A stretch of DNA of 64,000 bases from Antedon mediterranea (lineage: Eukaryota > Animalia > Echinodermata): positions 10,788,001 through 10,852,000 of the forward strand of contig NC_092680.1 of the NCBI RefSeq assembly GCF_964355755.1. The letters are read 5' to 3'. A program made the translations under genes and the position numbers. Positions 39,432 to 51,314 of this stretch are shown here, piece by piece. Positions within the stretch are counted from its first letter, which is position 1; each line of letters begins with the position of its first letter. The notes beneath the pieces are model-generated. The model was not told the DNA's origin. It did no database searches and was given only the letters and a program-made list of their open reading frames with translations.

Positions 39432-40340
39432 TCATTTATTACCACTGGCGTTGGTAGATGGGTTTGCTCGAGTGCCGGTTTGACGACTTGTCGTTCGTGG
39501 TTTATTGCATTGAATTCTGGGGTGTGGTTGACGGCAGTCGGTACACAGATGTGAGAAGCGGCATGTGGGGGCGTGGCATTGCTTCCCAGCATTAAATTTG
39601 AAACATATCTGTTGGCCACGAAAATTATGCTGCCCCTGTGGACGAGAGTTAGGTCTGAAAGAAGATACATTCCCTAACGAAGCAAGTTTTAACTGGGTGA
39701 AGCACATCCCAATATAAAGGCCTGCCTTGTCGTGCTTTGCGAAAACTTTCGTCATAGGTCCGCCAGTTCAGGTTCCCCAAAGCATGTAATTCTAGTATGT
39801 TGTTGACATATTTAAGCATAGGCAAACATTGAGCAGGCGATTTTTCAACAAATATGGACATGTATATTGTAACTGCCCGCATCCATTCAGTAATTGTGAT
39901 TAACTTTTTCTTACTGTTGTCTGTCTCTACGCGGAGTTGTTTATCAATAATTGATAATGAGACCCCAGTAGTATCATTGTCGTTATTGATCAGAGTCCTG
40001 AGGTCAATGTATCCATTTGCCCATATTTTATTTTTAACCGATAGTGGCACATTACTGACCAGAGCAATCGAGTCAGTCATTGTTACGTCAGCCCGAGACG
40101 GCTCACCTTCAAAGAGATCGTTCACAGAAGTGTCCAATGGCTGAGCCTGTGTGGCATTATCCACAGTCAAGGATGTGATAGCGGCTAGAGATGTTAGAGG
40201 ACTGCCGCCTGGTGTCATGGGGCCAGTTGCCTCGACCGCCTTCAATACCTTCGCAACTTCAGCCGCCAGTTTGGCGTAGTCTAGTGGTGGGGTCTCTTTG
40301 CTCGCCTTTGCCTTCTTCCTAGTGGTTTTGGGACCGCAGC
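39432..40340 (-). pseudogene. DIRS-type gag with Cys/His finger, frameshifted
   Basis: KIWANGYIDL, EWMRA, WRTYDESFR, CFKFN..C..C.FSHLC..C...H....C. Confidence 0.85.
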
Positions 40341-40658
40341 CGACGCTGAAAGAAACACCTCTGACGGTTAGAAATGAAAAACATGGTTGACACATTGACT
40401 ACTGAAAAGCGGAGTTACATTTGTAACAATCGTCCGGTTTCCATAGTATGTGCTATATCCATGGTCCGCCTGAAATTCACCGGACTGAGAACAAGAGGAT
40501 GTGTCCAAAGCCCGAATGCCACAAGGCAAACATTAGGCCCGAAGGCAAGCATAAGGCCCGAGGGCAAGCATAAGGCCCGAGGGCAAGCATAAGGCCCAAG
40601 GGCAAGCATAAGGCCCAAGGGAAAGCATAAGGTCCAAGGGCAAGCATAAGGCCCAAGG

Positions 40659-41618
40659 TCAAGCATAAGGCCCGAAGGCAAGCATAAGGCCCGAAGGCAA
40701 GCGTAATGCCCGAAGGCAAGCATAAGGCCCGAAGGCAAACATAAGGCCCGAAGGCAAACATAAGGCCCGAAGGCAAACACAAGGCCCGAAGGCAAACACA
40801 AGGCCTGAAGGCCAACATAAAGCCCGAAGGCAAACATAAGGCCCGGAGGCCAACATAGTGCCCGAAAGGCAAACACAGGGCCCGAAGGTAAACATTAGTC
40901 CCGAAGGCCAAAATTCTTGTTGTCCGAAGGCAAAATATGTGGAGGTTCTGAACCTCTTTATATAAATTGAAATTAAAACTACTGGCCTTAAAATTTTTTC
41001 TGCGTGTAGAATAGCTTGTCGGACGCTACGTGCGTACCGATACATCCCTGACGATCGGCCATTTGAAGAACTTCTGTTAAGATGTACGCCATCGGCGTGA
41101 ATATGGGACCAGTCGTTCCACAGGCCTCTGTGACGCCAATATGTTACACATGCATCATCGGCATAATTCGCCTGAAGTCGACGGTTAATATCCAAAACAG
41201 AGTCGTTGAATTTAGGGCTTACCCGACTGGGGTGCCGCTTTAACAGCTGACTAACCACAATATGTTTACACTCCAGTCCAAATTTAAGATAGTCAATTAA
41301 ATTATCGAGTTTATTCATAATTAAATCATTAGATTGTTTCACAATGTCATTCTCTCCTAGATGAACGTAAACGATATCTTTTGGCGTATACCATCCCTTA
41401 AGCAGATCAGGGAATTTGTATGCCGTTGCACCTCCGCGTGAATAATACTTGACATCGTACAAACCTGCATCTAGGCGTAAAGCAAAGAATTCGCGTTCGC
41501 TGGTATAGCATTCCAACCGGCGTACAAACGAGTGTCCAACAAGACCTATTCTACATGACGTCGGGAAGGCAATTTCGTAACAACAACTTTTTGAATTAAA
41601 CTTACACAATGAGTGCAC
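40659..41618 (-). CDS. SGNH hydrolase ORF, copy 2
   Basis: Same four SGNH blocks, open into the 19-bp minisatellite (~40523-40930). Confidence 0.75.
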   Translation of the reverse strand: MHSLCKFNSKSCCYEIAFPTSCRIGLVGHSFVRRLECYTSEREFFALRLDAGLYDVKYYSRGGATAYKFPDLLKGWYTPKDIVYVHLGENDIVKQSNDLIMNKLDNLIDYLKFGLECKHIVVSQLLKRHPSRVSPKFNDSVLDINRRLQANYADDACVTYWRHRGLWNDWSHIHADGVHLNRSSSNGRSSGMYRYARSVRQAILHAEKILRPVVLISIYIKRFRTSTYFAFGQQEFWPSGLMFTFGPCVCLSGTMLASGPYVCLRALCWPSGLVFAFGPCVCLRALCLPSGLMFAFGPYACLRALRLPSGLMLAFGPYA

Positions 41619-41888
41619 AAACTATTGTTTCTACTTACAATTGTTAAAAACCTTGTGAAATAAAGACACAAACACCTGTACAGGTACAATCTTTAAAACG
41701 AAAATTTTTTAAATCTTTAAACACGTCTACTCCGGATGGATGCTAAAAGCGAAAGGACACATACACCACGCGGATGTATCAAATTCCCCACGTTACCCGC
41801 CGCAGCCCACCACGTGATGACGTAGAGCCCCGCCCTCCTGCGGCACAAATTCATCTTTCTACCCAGGCTCGAAAAATGTGTTTTATGC

Positions 41889-44800
41889 ACATATATTGTG
41901 CTAACATCATCTTATAGAGCCATAGTAACTAGTTATGTCAAAAAATAAAAGGTTTGAAATTTGGCAATTTTTGCGAAAATTTCCCTGCGGAGGACCATAG
42001 GAATTTTTTCGAAAAATGGCCAAAATTTCGACTTTTTAAAATTTGAAAATTATGCTATAATATTGCCATTTATGAAAATATATTGAGCTAACATCATCTT
42101 ATACAGCCAGAGTAACTAGTTATGTCAAAAAATAAAACGGTCGAAATTTTGCTATTTTTCGAAAATTTCCCTGCGGGGGACCACAGGAATTTTTTAGCAA
42201 AATGACCAAAATTTCCGCCTTTTAAAATTCAATAATTAGACTATAATATTGCCATTTATGCACATAAGTTGTGTAAACATCAACTTATAGAGCCATAGTA
42301 ACTAGTTATGTCAAAAAACAAGGCCAACAACAATAAGTTGCGTGCTCTAAGAAATAAATGAACTTTCAAAAAGTAATGTACTTTAAAACTTTTCTGTACA
42401 TCAAAAAAGTTCAAAAAGTACAGAAAAGCGATAAAACGCAAAGTGATACCGGACCGACAGACAGACCGACAGACCGACCGACATAGTGAACTGTAGAGTC
42501 GCGTCCACGCGACTAATAAAAGGTTTGAAGTTTGGCCATTTTTGCGAAAATTTCCCTGCGGGGGACCATAGGAATTTTTTCGAAAAATGGCAAAAATTTC
42601 CAATTTTTAAAATTCAAAAATTATGCTATAATATTGCCATTTATGCAAATATATTGTGCTAACATCATCTTATAGAGCCATAGTAACTAGTTATGTCAAA
42701 AAATAAAAGGATCAACATTTTGCCATTTTCCGAAAATTTCCCTGCTGGGGACCATAGGAATTTTTTCGAAAAATGGCCAAAATTTCCAATTTTTAAAATT
42801 CTATAATTAGGCTATAATATTGCCATTTATGTGCATATATTGTGTTAACATCATCTTATAGAGCCATAGTAACTAGTTACGTCAAGAAATAAAAGGTCGA
42901 AATTTGGCCATTTTTCGAACAATTTCCCTTCGGGGGACCACAGGAATTTTTTCGAAAAATGGCAAAAATTTCCAATTTTCAAAATTCTATAATTAGGCTA
43001 TAATATTGCCATTTATATGCATATATTGTGTTAACATCATCTTATAGAGCCATAGTAACTAGTTACGTCAAGAAATAAAAGGTCGAAATTTGGCCATTTT
43101 TCGAACAATTTCCCTTCGGGGGACCATAGGATTTTTTTTTCAGAAAAATGGTCAAAATTTCCATTGTTTAAAATTCAAAAATTATGCTATAATATTGCCA
43201 TTTATGCAAATATATTGTGCTAACATCATCTTATAGAGCCATAGTAACTAGTTATGTCAAATAATAAAAGGATCAAAATTTGACCATTTTCCGAAAAATT
43301 TCCCTGCTGGGGACCATAGGAAGTTTTTTCGAAAAATGGCCAAAATTTCCACTTTTTAAAATACAATAATTATGCTATAATATTGGCAATTATGCAAATA
43401 TATTGTGTTAACATCATCCTATAGAGAAATAGCAGCTAGTTATGTCAAAAAAATAAAAGGGTCGAAAAATGTCAAAAATTCCCACTTTTTAAAATTCAAT
43501 AATTATGCAATAATATTGCCATTTTTGCAAATATATTGTGCTAACATCATCTTATAGAGCCATAGTAACTAGTTATGTCAAAAAATAAAAGGATCAAAAT
43601 TTTGCCATTTTTGCGAAAATTTCCATGGGGGGAACCATAGGAAGTTTTTCGAAAAATGGCCAAAATTTCCACTTTTTAAAATACAATAATTATGCTATAA
43701 TATTGGCATTTATGCAAATATATTGTGTTAACATCATCCTATAGAGAAATAGCAGCTAGTTATGTCAAAAAAATAAAAGGGTCGAAAAATGGCAAAAATT
43801 CCCACTTTTTAAAATTCAATAATTATGCTATAATATTGCCATTTTTGCAAATATATTGTGCTAACATCATCTTATAGAGCCATAGTAAATAGTTATGTCA
43901 AAAAATAAAAGGTTAAAATTTGGCCATTTTTGCGAAAATTTCCATGGGGGGAACCATAGGAATTTTTTTCGAAAAATGACTAAAATTTCCACTTTTTAAA
44001 ATTAAAAAATTATGCTATAATATTGATATTTATGCACATATATTGTGCTAACATCATCTTATAGAGCCATAGTAACTAGTTATGTTAAAAAATAAAAGGT
44101 TTGAAATTTTGCCATTTTTGCGAAAGTTTCCCTGCGGGGGACTATAGAAATGTTTTCGAAAAATGACCAAAATTTCCACTTTTTAAAATTCAATAATTAT
44201 GCTATTATATTGGCATTTATGGAAATATTTTGTGTTAGCATCATCTTATAGAGCCATCGGTAACTAGTTATATCAAAAAATAAAAGGGTCGAAATTTAAA
44301 AATTTATCGAAAATTTCGCTGCGGGGGACCATAGGAATTTTTTCGAAAAATGGCCAAAATTTTCACTTTTTAAAATTCAGAAATTATTCTATACTATTGC
44401 AATTTATGCACATATATTGTGCTAAGATCATCTTATAGAGCCATAGTAACTAGTTATTTTAAAAAATAAAAGGTTTGAAATTTGGCCATTTTTGCGAAAA
44501 TTTCCCTGCGGGGGACCATAGGAATTTTTTAGAAAAATTGCCAAAATTTCCACTTTTTAAAATTCGAAAATTATGCTATAATATTGCCATTTATGCAAAT
44601 ATATTGTGCTAACATCATCTTATACAGCCAGAGTAAATAGTTATGTCAAAAAATAAAAGGGTCGAAATTTTACTATTTTTCGAAAATTTCCCAGCGGGGG
44701 ACCACAGGAATTTTTTCGCAAAATGACCAAAATTTCCACCTTTTAAAATTCAATAATTAGACTATAATATTGCCATTTATGCACATATGTTGTGTAAACA

Positions 44801-46115
44801 TCAACTTATAGAGCCATAGTAACTAGTTATTTAAAAAAATAAAAGGTTTGAAATTTCGCCATTTTTACGACAATTTCCCTGCGGGGGACCATACGATTAT
44901 TTTCGAAAACGACCAAAATTTCCACCTTTTTAAATTCTATAATTAGGTTATAATATTGCCATTTATGCACATATATTGTGTTAACATCATCTTATAGAGA
45001 CATAGTAACTCGTTATGTCAAAAAACAAGGCCAACAACAATAAGTTGCGTGCTCTCAGAAATAAATGAACTTTCAAAAAGTAATGTACTTTTAAACTTTT
45101 CTGTACATCAAAACAGTTCAAAAAGTACAGAAAAGCGACAAAACGCAAAGTGATACCGGACCGACAGAAAGACCGACAGACCGACCGCCATAGTGAACTG
45201 TAGAGTCGCGTCCACGCGACTAATAAAAGGTTTGAAGTTTGGCCATTTTTGCGAAAATTTCTCTGCGGGGGACCATAGGAATTTTTTTCGAAAAATGGCA
45301 ACAATTTCCAATTTTCAAAATTCTATAATTAGGCTATAATATTGGCATTTATGCGCATATATTGTGTTAACATTATCTTATAGAGCCATAGTAACTAGTT
45401 ATGTCAAGAAATAAAATGGTCGAAATTTGGCCATTTTTCGAAAACTTTCCCTGCGAGGGACCATAGGATTTTTTTTAGAAAAATTGTCAAAATTTCCATT
45501 GTTTAAAATTCAAAAATTATGCTATAATATTGCCATTTATGCAAATATATTGTGCTAACATCACCTTATAGAGCAATAGTAACTAGTTATGTGAAAAATA
45601 AAAGGATAAAAATTTGGACATTTTTCGAAAATTTCCCTGCTGGGGGACCATAGGAATTTTTTCGAAAAATGGCCAAAATTTCCAATTTTTAAAATTCAAA
45701 AATTATGCTATAAAATTGCCATTTATGCAAATATATTGTGCTAACATCATCTTATAGAGCCATAGTAACTAGTTATGTCAAAAAATAATAGGATCAAAAT
45801 TTGGTCATTTTTCGAAAATTTTAAAAATTCCTATGTCCATAGGAATTTTTTTGAAAAAGGGCCAAAATTTCCAATTTTTTAAATTCTATAATTATGCTAA
45901 AATATTGCCATTTATGCAAATATATTGTGTTAACATCATCTTATAGATGATAGTTATGTCAAAAAATAAAATGGTCGAAATTTGGCCATTTTTCGAAAAA
46001 TGTTCCTGCTAGGGACCACAGGAATTTTTTCGAAAAAAAAAAAATTTTCCACCTTTTAAAATCTAATAAATAGACTATAATATTGCCATTTATGCACATA
46101 TATTGTGTTAACATC
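41889..46115 (-). repeat. Satellite B, reverse orientation, with HINE copies at 42319-42514 and 45026-45221
   Basis: ~185-bp monomers in higher-order blocks. Confidence 0.95.
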
Positions 46116-46118
46116 TGG

Positions 46119-47030
46119 ACACTTTGATGGTTTGTGTGAAAAAGTTTTGTCGAAATGCTCAAAATGGTCTAAAACGTTTTAAAATACCATATTAAACTAT
46201 TTTGTGCATTTTGTTGTTTTTGTGTGAAAAGTTTTATCGAAATGCTAAAAATGGTCTAAAACGGTTTCAAATGCGTTTTGAAGCTATTCTGTACACTTTG
46301 ATTTTAAGTTTTTTCGAAATGCTCAAAATGGTCTAAAACGTTTTTAAATACGATATTAAGCTATTTTGTGCTCTTTGATGTTTTTGTGTGAAAAGTTTAT
46401 TATCGAAATGCTCAAATTGGTCTAAGACGGTTTCTAATGTGATTTTAAGCACTTTGATGTTTTTGTGTAACCAAGTTTCATCGAAACGCACAAAATGGTC
46501 TAATACGTCTCCAAATGCGATTTGAAACTATTCTTAGCACTTTGGTGTTTTTATGTTAACAAGTTTTTTCGAAAATCACAAAATGGTCTAAAACGTCTCC
46601 AAATGCGATTTGAAGCTATTCTGTACACTTTGATGTTTTGTGTGAAAAAGTTTTGTCGAAATGCTCAAAATGGTCTAAAACGTTTTCAAATACGATATTA
46701 AGCTATTTTGTGCTCTTTGATGTTTTTGTGTGAAAAGTTTTATCGAAATGCTCAAAATGGTCTAAAACGGTTTCTAATTTGATTTTAAGCACTTTGATGT
46801 TTTTGTGTAACCAAGTTTCATCGAAATGCACAAAATGGTCTAAAACGTCTCCAAATGCGATTTGAAGCTATTCTAAGCACTTTTGTGTTTTTGTGTTAAC
46901 AAGTTTTTTCGAAAATCACAAAATGGTCTAAAACGTCTCCAAATGCGATTTGAAGCTTTTTTGTACACTTTGATGTTTTGTGTGAAAAAGTTTTGTCGAA
47001 ATGCTCAAAATGGTCTTAAACGTTTTTAAA
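46119..47030 (+). repeat. Satellite A
   Basis: 88-bp monomers; distal part is the inverse of 1201-1930. Confidence 0.95.
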
Positions 47031-47031
47031 T

Positions 47032-49210
47032 CTCTCATCCTCGTATAAGGAAATTATTGATAGGAATGCTGTATTAGAGGAACAAGTCAAGACGTTACAG
47101 GTTCTAGTAAGTGAACAGGATTTCAAACAACCAAGATGTTCAGCAAAGAGGTCAGTTGTAAAATCAAATACTCAAACATCTATTAATTTGAATAACCCTT
47201 GCCTCAGTATCACTAGGAGGGAAGAAGGCAAAGTCTGTGAAGAAAATTTGCAAAATATTACTTATAATAATGTATCACCAAAGCCTACAAATAAAGCCGA
47301 ACAAATTCCAGCAAAACAACTTCCAGCTAAACAAATTCCAGCTAAACAAATTCCAGTTAAACAGATTCCAGCCAAACAAATTCCAGCTAAACAACAAAGA
47401 AATCTAATAATAGGTGACTCTATGCTGAAGCATATTAAGACAAATGGTCTATGTGAAACATCTGTGAGAACATTAAGAGGAGCAACTGTGGAACAAGTTA
47501 ACTATACATTATGTGAGATCGATCTGACCAATGTAGAAAATGTTGTCATTCATGCTGGAACAAAATGACTGTTGCGATATCAACTTTGACTTGGATAGGC
47601 TAAAGAACGACTACACTGATATGATATCAAGGCTTAAATGAGGATAACAGGCGAGGTTTTCATCTCAGCGATTTGCCCAAGACTTGATGATCTTTCATTA
47701 AACAGACGCGTATTTGACGTAAATGAAATGCTCAAATATTCTTTCGGTAACATTGTTATTGATCACAGCCGAGCTTTCACTACACGATATGGAGTGGATT
47801 CATCAAAGTTTACAAGTCATGGTTTACATCTTAACTTGAGGGGTACATCAGCCTTGGTTAAGAGTATTAATAATGTACTGTCAATAATATCACCAAAGAA
47901 AAATAGAAGAACTGGAAGCACGCACACTAGAGATCATCAAAGCATGCCTGTAGCAAATTGTCATTTCTGTGGCGAGAGTGGACATGTACAACGAGTTTGC
48001 AGACATGGAAAAGCAGTTGTGTGTTGGGTTTGTAAACAAGTAGGACATAAAGCGAAATTTTGCCAAGTTGAACACTGAAAAAATGGCAAAGTAGATGAAG
48101 CCGTAATAAATGTAGCTAAGATGAAGAGTCCTGATGATAATGACATAACATTAAATGATATTAATAGAAACAATGATTCTAGTAATAATTGCAGTAATAT
48201 AGTAAATTCAGGTAACACAAAATCAAGTAAAATGTTAAGTTTATTCTATTGTAATATAAGAAGTGTTAAAAACAAATTATTAGATTTCAATGTTAGATTT
48301 TCTTCTTCGTCTCATGACGCCATTGCTATATCAGAGACATGGCTCGATAGCACAGTATATGATAGTCAGCTTTTAAACAATGATATTTTTAGAAAGGATA
48401 GAAATTCTCATGGAGGGGGGGGGGGGGTTTAATTGCTTGTAAAACATGTTTAAATCCATCTTTATGCACAGATCTCAATGTTGATACACTTGAACTGATT
48501 TGGATAGAATGTCATAGTAATATAGGTAAAATTTTATTAGGAGTGTTTTATAGGCCGCCTTCTTCAAATGTTCAATATTTAAATTCCTTTATTGATAATC
48601 TAGATAAAGTTCAAGCAAAAGTTGTTGATTATAAACAGGTATTACTCATAGGCGACTTTAATATTCATGTTGATTGGAATTGTTTGAATGTGAACAATGG
48701 TTTATCCGCCCAAGCAGGAAGCTTGGTAGAAGGAACAATGGCAACTGGACTAGTGCAAATAATAGATCAGCCTTCTTATGTAACACGAAATGGGGATGGG
48801 CACTTTTTGGACTTGGCTTTTGTTAGTAATCCACTTTTAATTGATAAATGTCAAATTATTAACAATTTTGACTCATGTGATCATGAGGCAATTGAGATAT
48901 GTCTAAGGATATCAAAACAACGTAACAAAGTTATAACAAAAACTGTATATGCACTAAAAAACGCAGATTTTGAAAAGATGAAAAGCATATTAATTAATTT
49001 TAATTGGGAAAATTGTTTTATGTTTGAAAATATGAATCTGTGCCTATTAAGAAAAGAAATAAGACTAAATTATTTCCATGGATTACAACAGAAATTAAGA
49101 AACTTGGTACAAAGAAAAGAAAATTATATAGGAAGGCTAAGATTTTAAAAACAAATGAAGCTACAGATAGATTTAAGTGTTGTAGTAAGGAACTGAAAAA
49201 AGCCATATAT
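47032..49210 (+). mobile_element. CR1/L2-group LINE fragment: esterase-knuckle ORF1 + AP endonuclease, truncated before RT
   Basis: IIGDS, HGLHLN, 2x CCHC; APE motifs YCNIRS, SETWL, RKDR..GGGV, YRPP, GDFN, LDL, DH. Frameshifted. Confidence 0.9.
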
Positions 49211-49214
49211 TGAA

Positions 49215-50020
49215 GTCATCTACTGGTTTGCGGCGTAACGGGTAATGCTCAGGTTTGAGTGATTTCAATAGTGGGTTCGAACCTATACGGGTATTTTTTT
49301 TCTTTTTTTTTATTTGAAAATAAATATTGTTTTTGAAAGTGAAATATTGTTATAGTTGTAAATGTCAGGCCTAAACAAGTGGACCTATTTTAAAATCAGA
49401 AACAAAGTTGCATGACATTATTTTTCATTGATTGATCATTCATTTCATATAAATAGACTATTATGATCTCTTCAGGCATCTACTGGTTTGTGGCGTAACC
49501 GGTAATGCTCATGTTTGAGTTCTCTCAGTAGTGGGTTTGAACCTCTTGGGATATTTTTATTTATTTTTTTTTTAAATTGAAAGTAAATATTGTTTTTGAA
49601 AGTGAGATATTTTGAGGGTTGTAAATGTCAGGCCTAGAGAAAAGTGGACCTTTTTTAAAATCAGAAACAAAGTTGCATGACATTATTTTTCATTGATTGA
49701 TCATTAATTTCATATTATCAGCTCTTCAGTCATCTACTGGTTTGTGGCGTAACGGGTAATACCCAGGTTCGAGTGCTCTCAGTAGCGGGTTCCAACCTCT
49801 AGGGATATTGCTTTTTTTTTTCTTATTGAAAATAAATATTTTTTTTGAAAATGAGATATTTTGAGGGTTGTAAATGTCAGGCTTAAACAAACGGATCTTT
49901 TTTTTAATCAGAAACAAAGTTGCATGGCATTATTTTTCATTGATTGATCATTCATTTCATATAAATAGACTATTATCAGCCCTTCAGTCATCTACTGGTT
50001 TGTGGCGTAACGGGTAATAC
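49215..50020 (+). repeat. ~258-bp tandem repeat with tRNA-like Pol III A/B boxes (3.1 copies)
   Basis: Units at ~49215, 49476, 49729, 49987. TGGCGTAACGG ... GGTTCGAACC (variants) ... T-run. Confidence 0.8.
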
Positions 50021-50596
50021 AACACGATTTTGTGCCATAACGGATTTCTACAATCCGCATTATTTATAGAATTTTCAAAAAAAAAAGCTATCATTAGAAT
50101 TAAAAATATTATTTGAAAAAACAGATGTGGTTGTAAGATTTGTTTAATTATTGAGAAACATACAGTTTGATAATATCAGCCATAATGTACATTATGGTAA
50201 ATATTTTAGAGATAGAAAAAGATCAATAAAATAGATCGACAATATGCAAATCCTTGTTTATTCTATAAATTTATAATTCACTATCATTTTTATAATTATA
50301 GAAAAAAACATACTAGCTTTTTTAGGTTAAAATATACTGTCCGTTTTCCAAAACAACAATAGACATTACACAATGAGTTTTGTTCGGATCATGAGCTTCT
50401 TATTTAAACTAGGTTTAATGTGCAGAAACTGCTTTATTTAATAAAAAAATAAATGGTATGGGCCAAAAAAATCTTTATAATGTCCATTTTTTTCGCGAAG
50501 TACACACAAAGCAAAGAAAACAAATTTTAATAACTGCAGAATATTTTTAATTTTTAATCATTCATTGTTTTAATACAACTTTACTATAAAGTTCAT

Positions 50597-51200
50597 CTAC
50601 ATGGTCATAAACATTATGACTACAGTATGGTTGAGCTATTGTTATAAAAACTACATGGTCATAAACTTGACTACAGTATATGGTTGAGCTACTGTTATAA
50701 AAACTACACGGTCATAAACTTTATGACTACAGTATATGGTTGAGCTATTGTTATATAAACTACATGGTCATAAACATTATGACTACAGTATATGGTTGAG
50801 CTATTGTTATATAAACTACATGGTCATAAACTTTATGACTACAGTATATGGTTGAGCTATTGTTATATAAACTACATGGTCATAAACTTTATGACTACAG
50901 TATATGATTGAGCTATTGTTATACAAACTACATGGTCATAAACATTATGACTACAGTATATGGTTGAGCTATTGTTATATAAACTACATGGTCATAAACT
51001 TTATGACTACAGTATATGGTTGAGCTATTGTTATATAAACTACATGGTCATAAACTTTATGACTACAGTATATTGTTGAGCTATTGTTATACAAACTAGA
51101 TGGTCATAAACTTTATGACTACAGTATATGGTTGAGCTATTGTTATATAAACTACATGGTCATAAACTTGACTACAGTATATGGTTGAGCTACTGTTATA
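50597..51200. repeat. 56-bp minisatellite, about 11 copies
   Basis: ctacatggtcataaactttatgactacagtatatggttgagctattgttatataaa. Confidence 0.95.
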
Positions 51201-51314
51201 TACAATTATGAAATTGGTTGAAAATTAAATAATTTTTTTAGATTCATTATACATGTAAAATTCCATTAATGTGCACCCTATTGTGACAACCAGTGAGTTG
51301 TAAAACTCCCTGCA

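Larger units (their letters stand above)
35814..41888 (-). mobile_element. Ngaro family 1, copy 2 (A1...single B)
   Basis: Reverse complement of copy 1. SGNH ORF 40659-41618, gag 39432-40340, RT 38747-39670, RH split by a MITE, YR 36325-36996 with a deletion. Confidence 0.93.

Noticed and set aside
35814-41888. Second Ngaro-1 copy as independent proof of targeting
   Set aside because: Same variant flanks on both sides, so it is better explained as a segmental duplicate.
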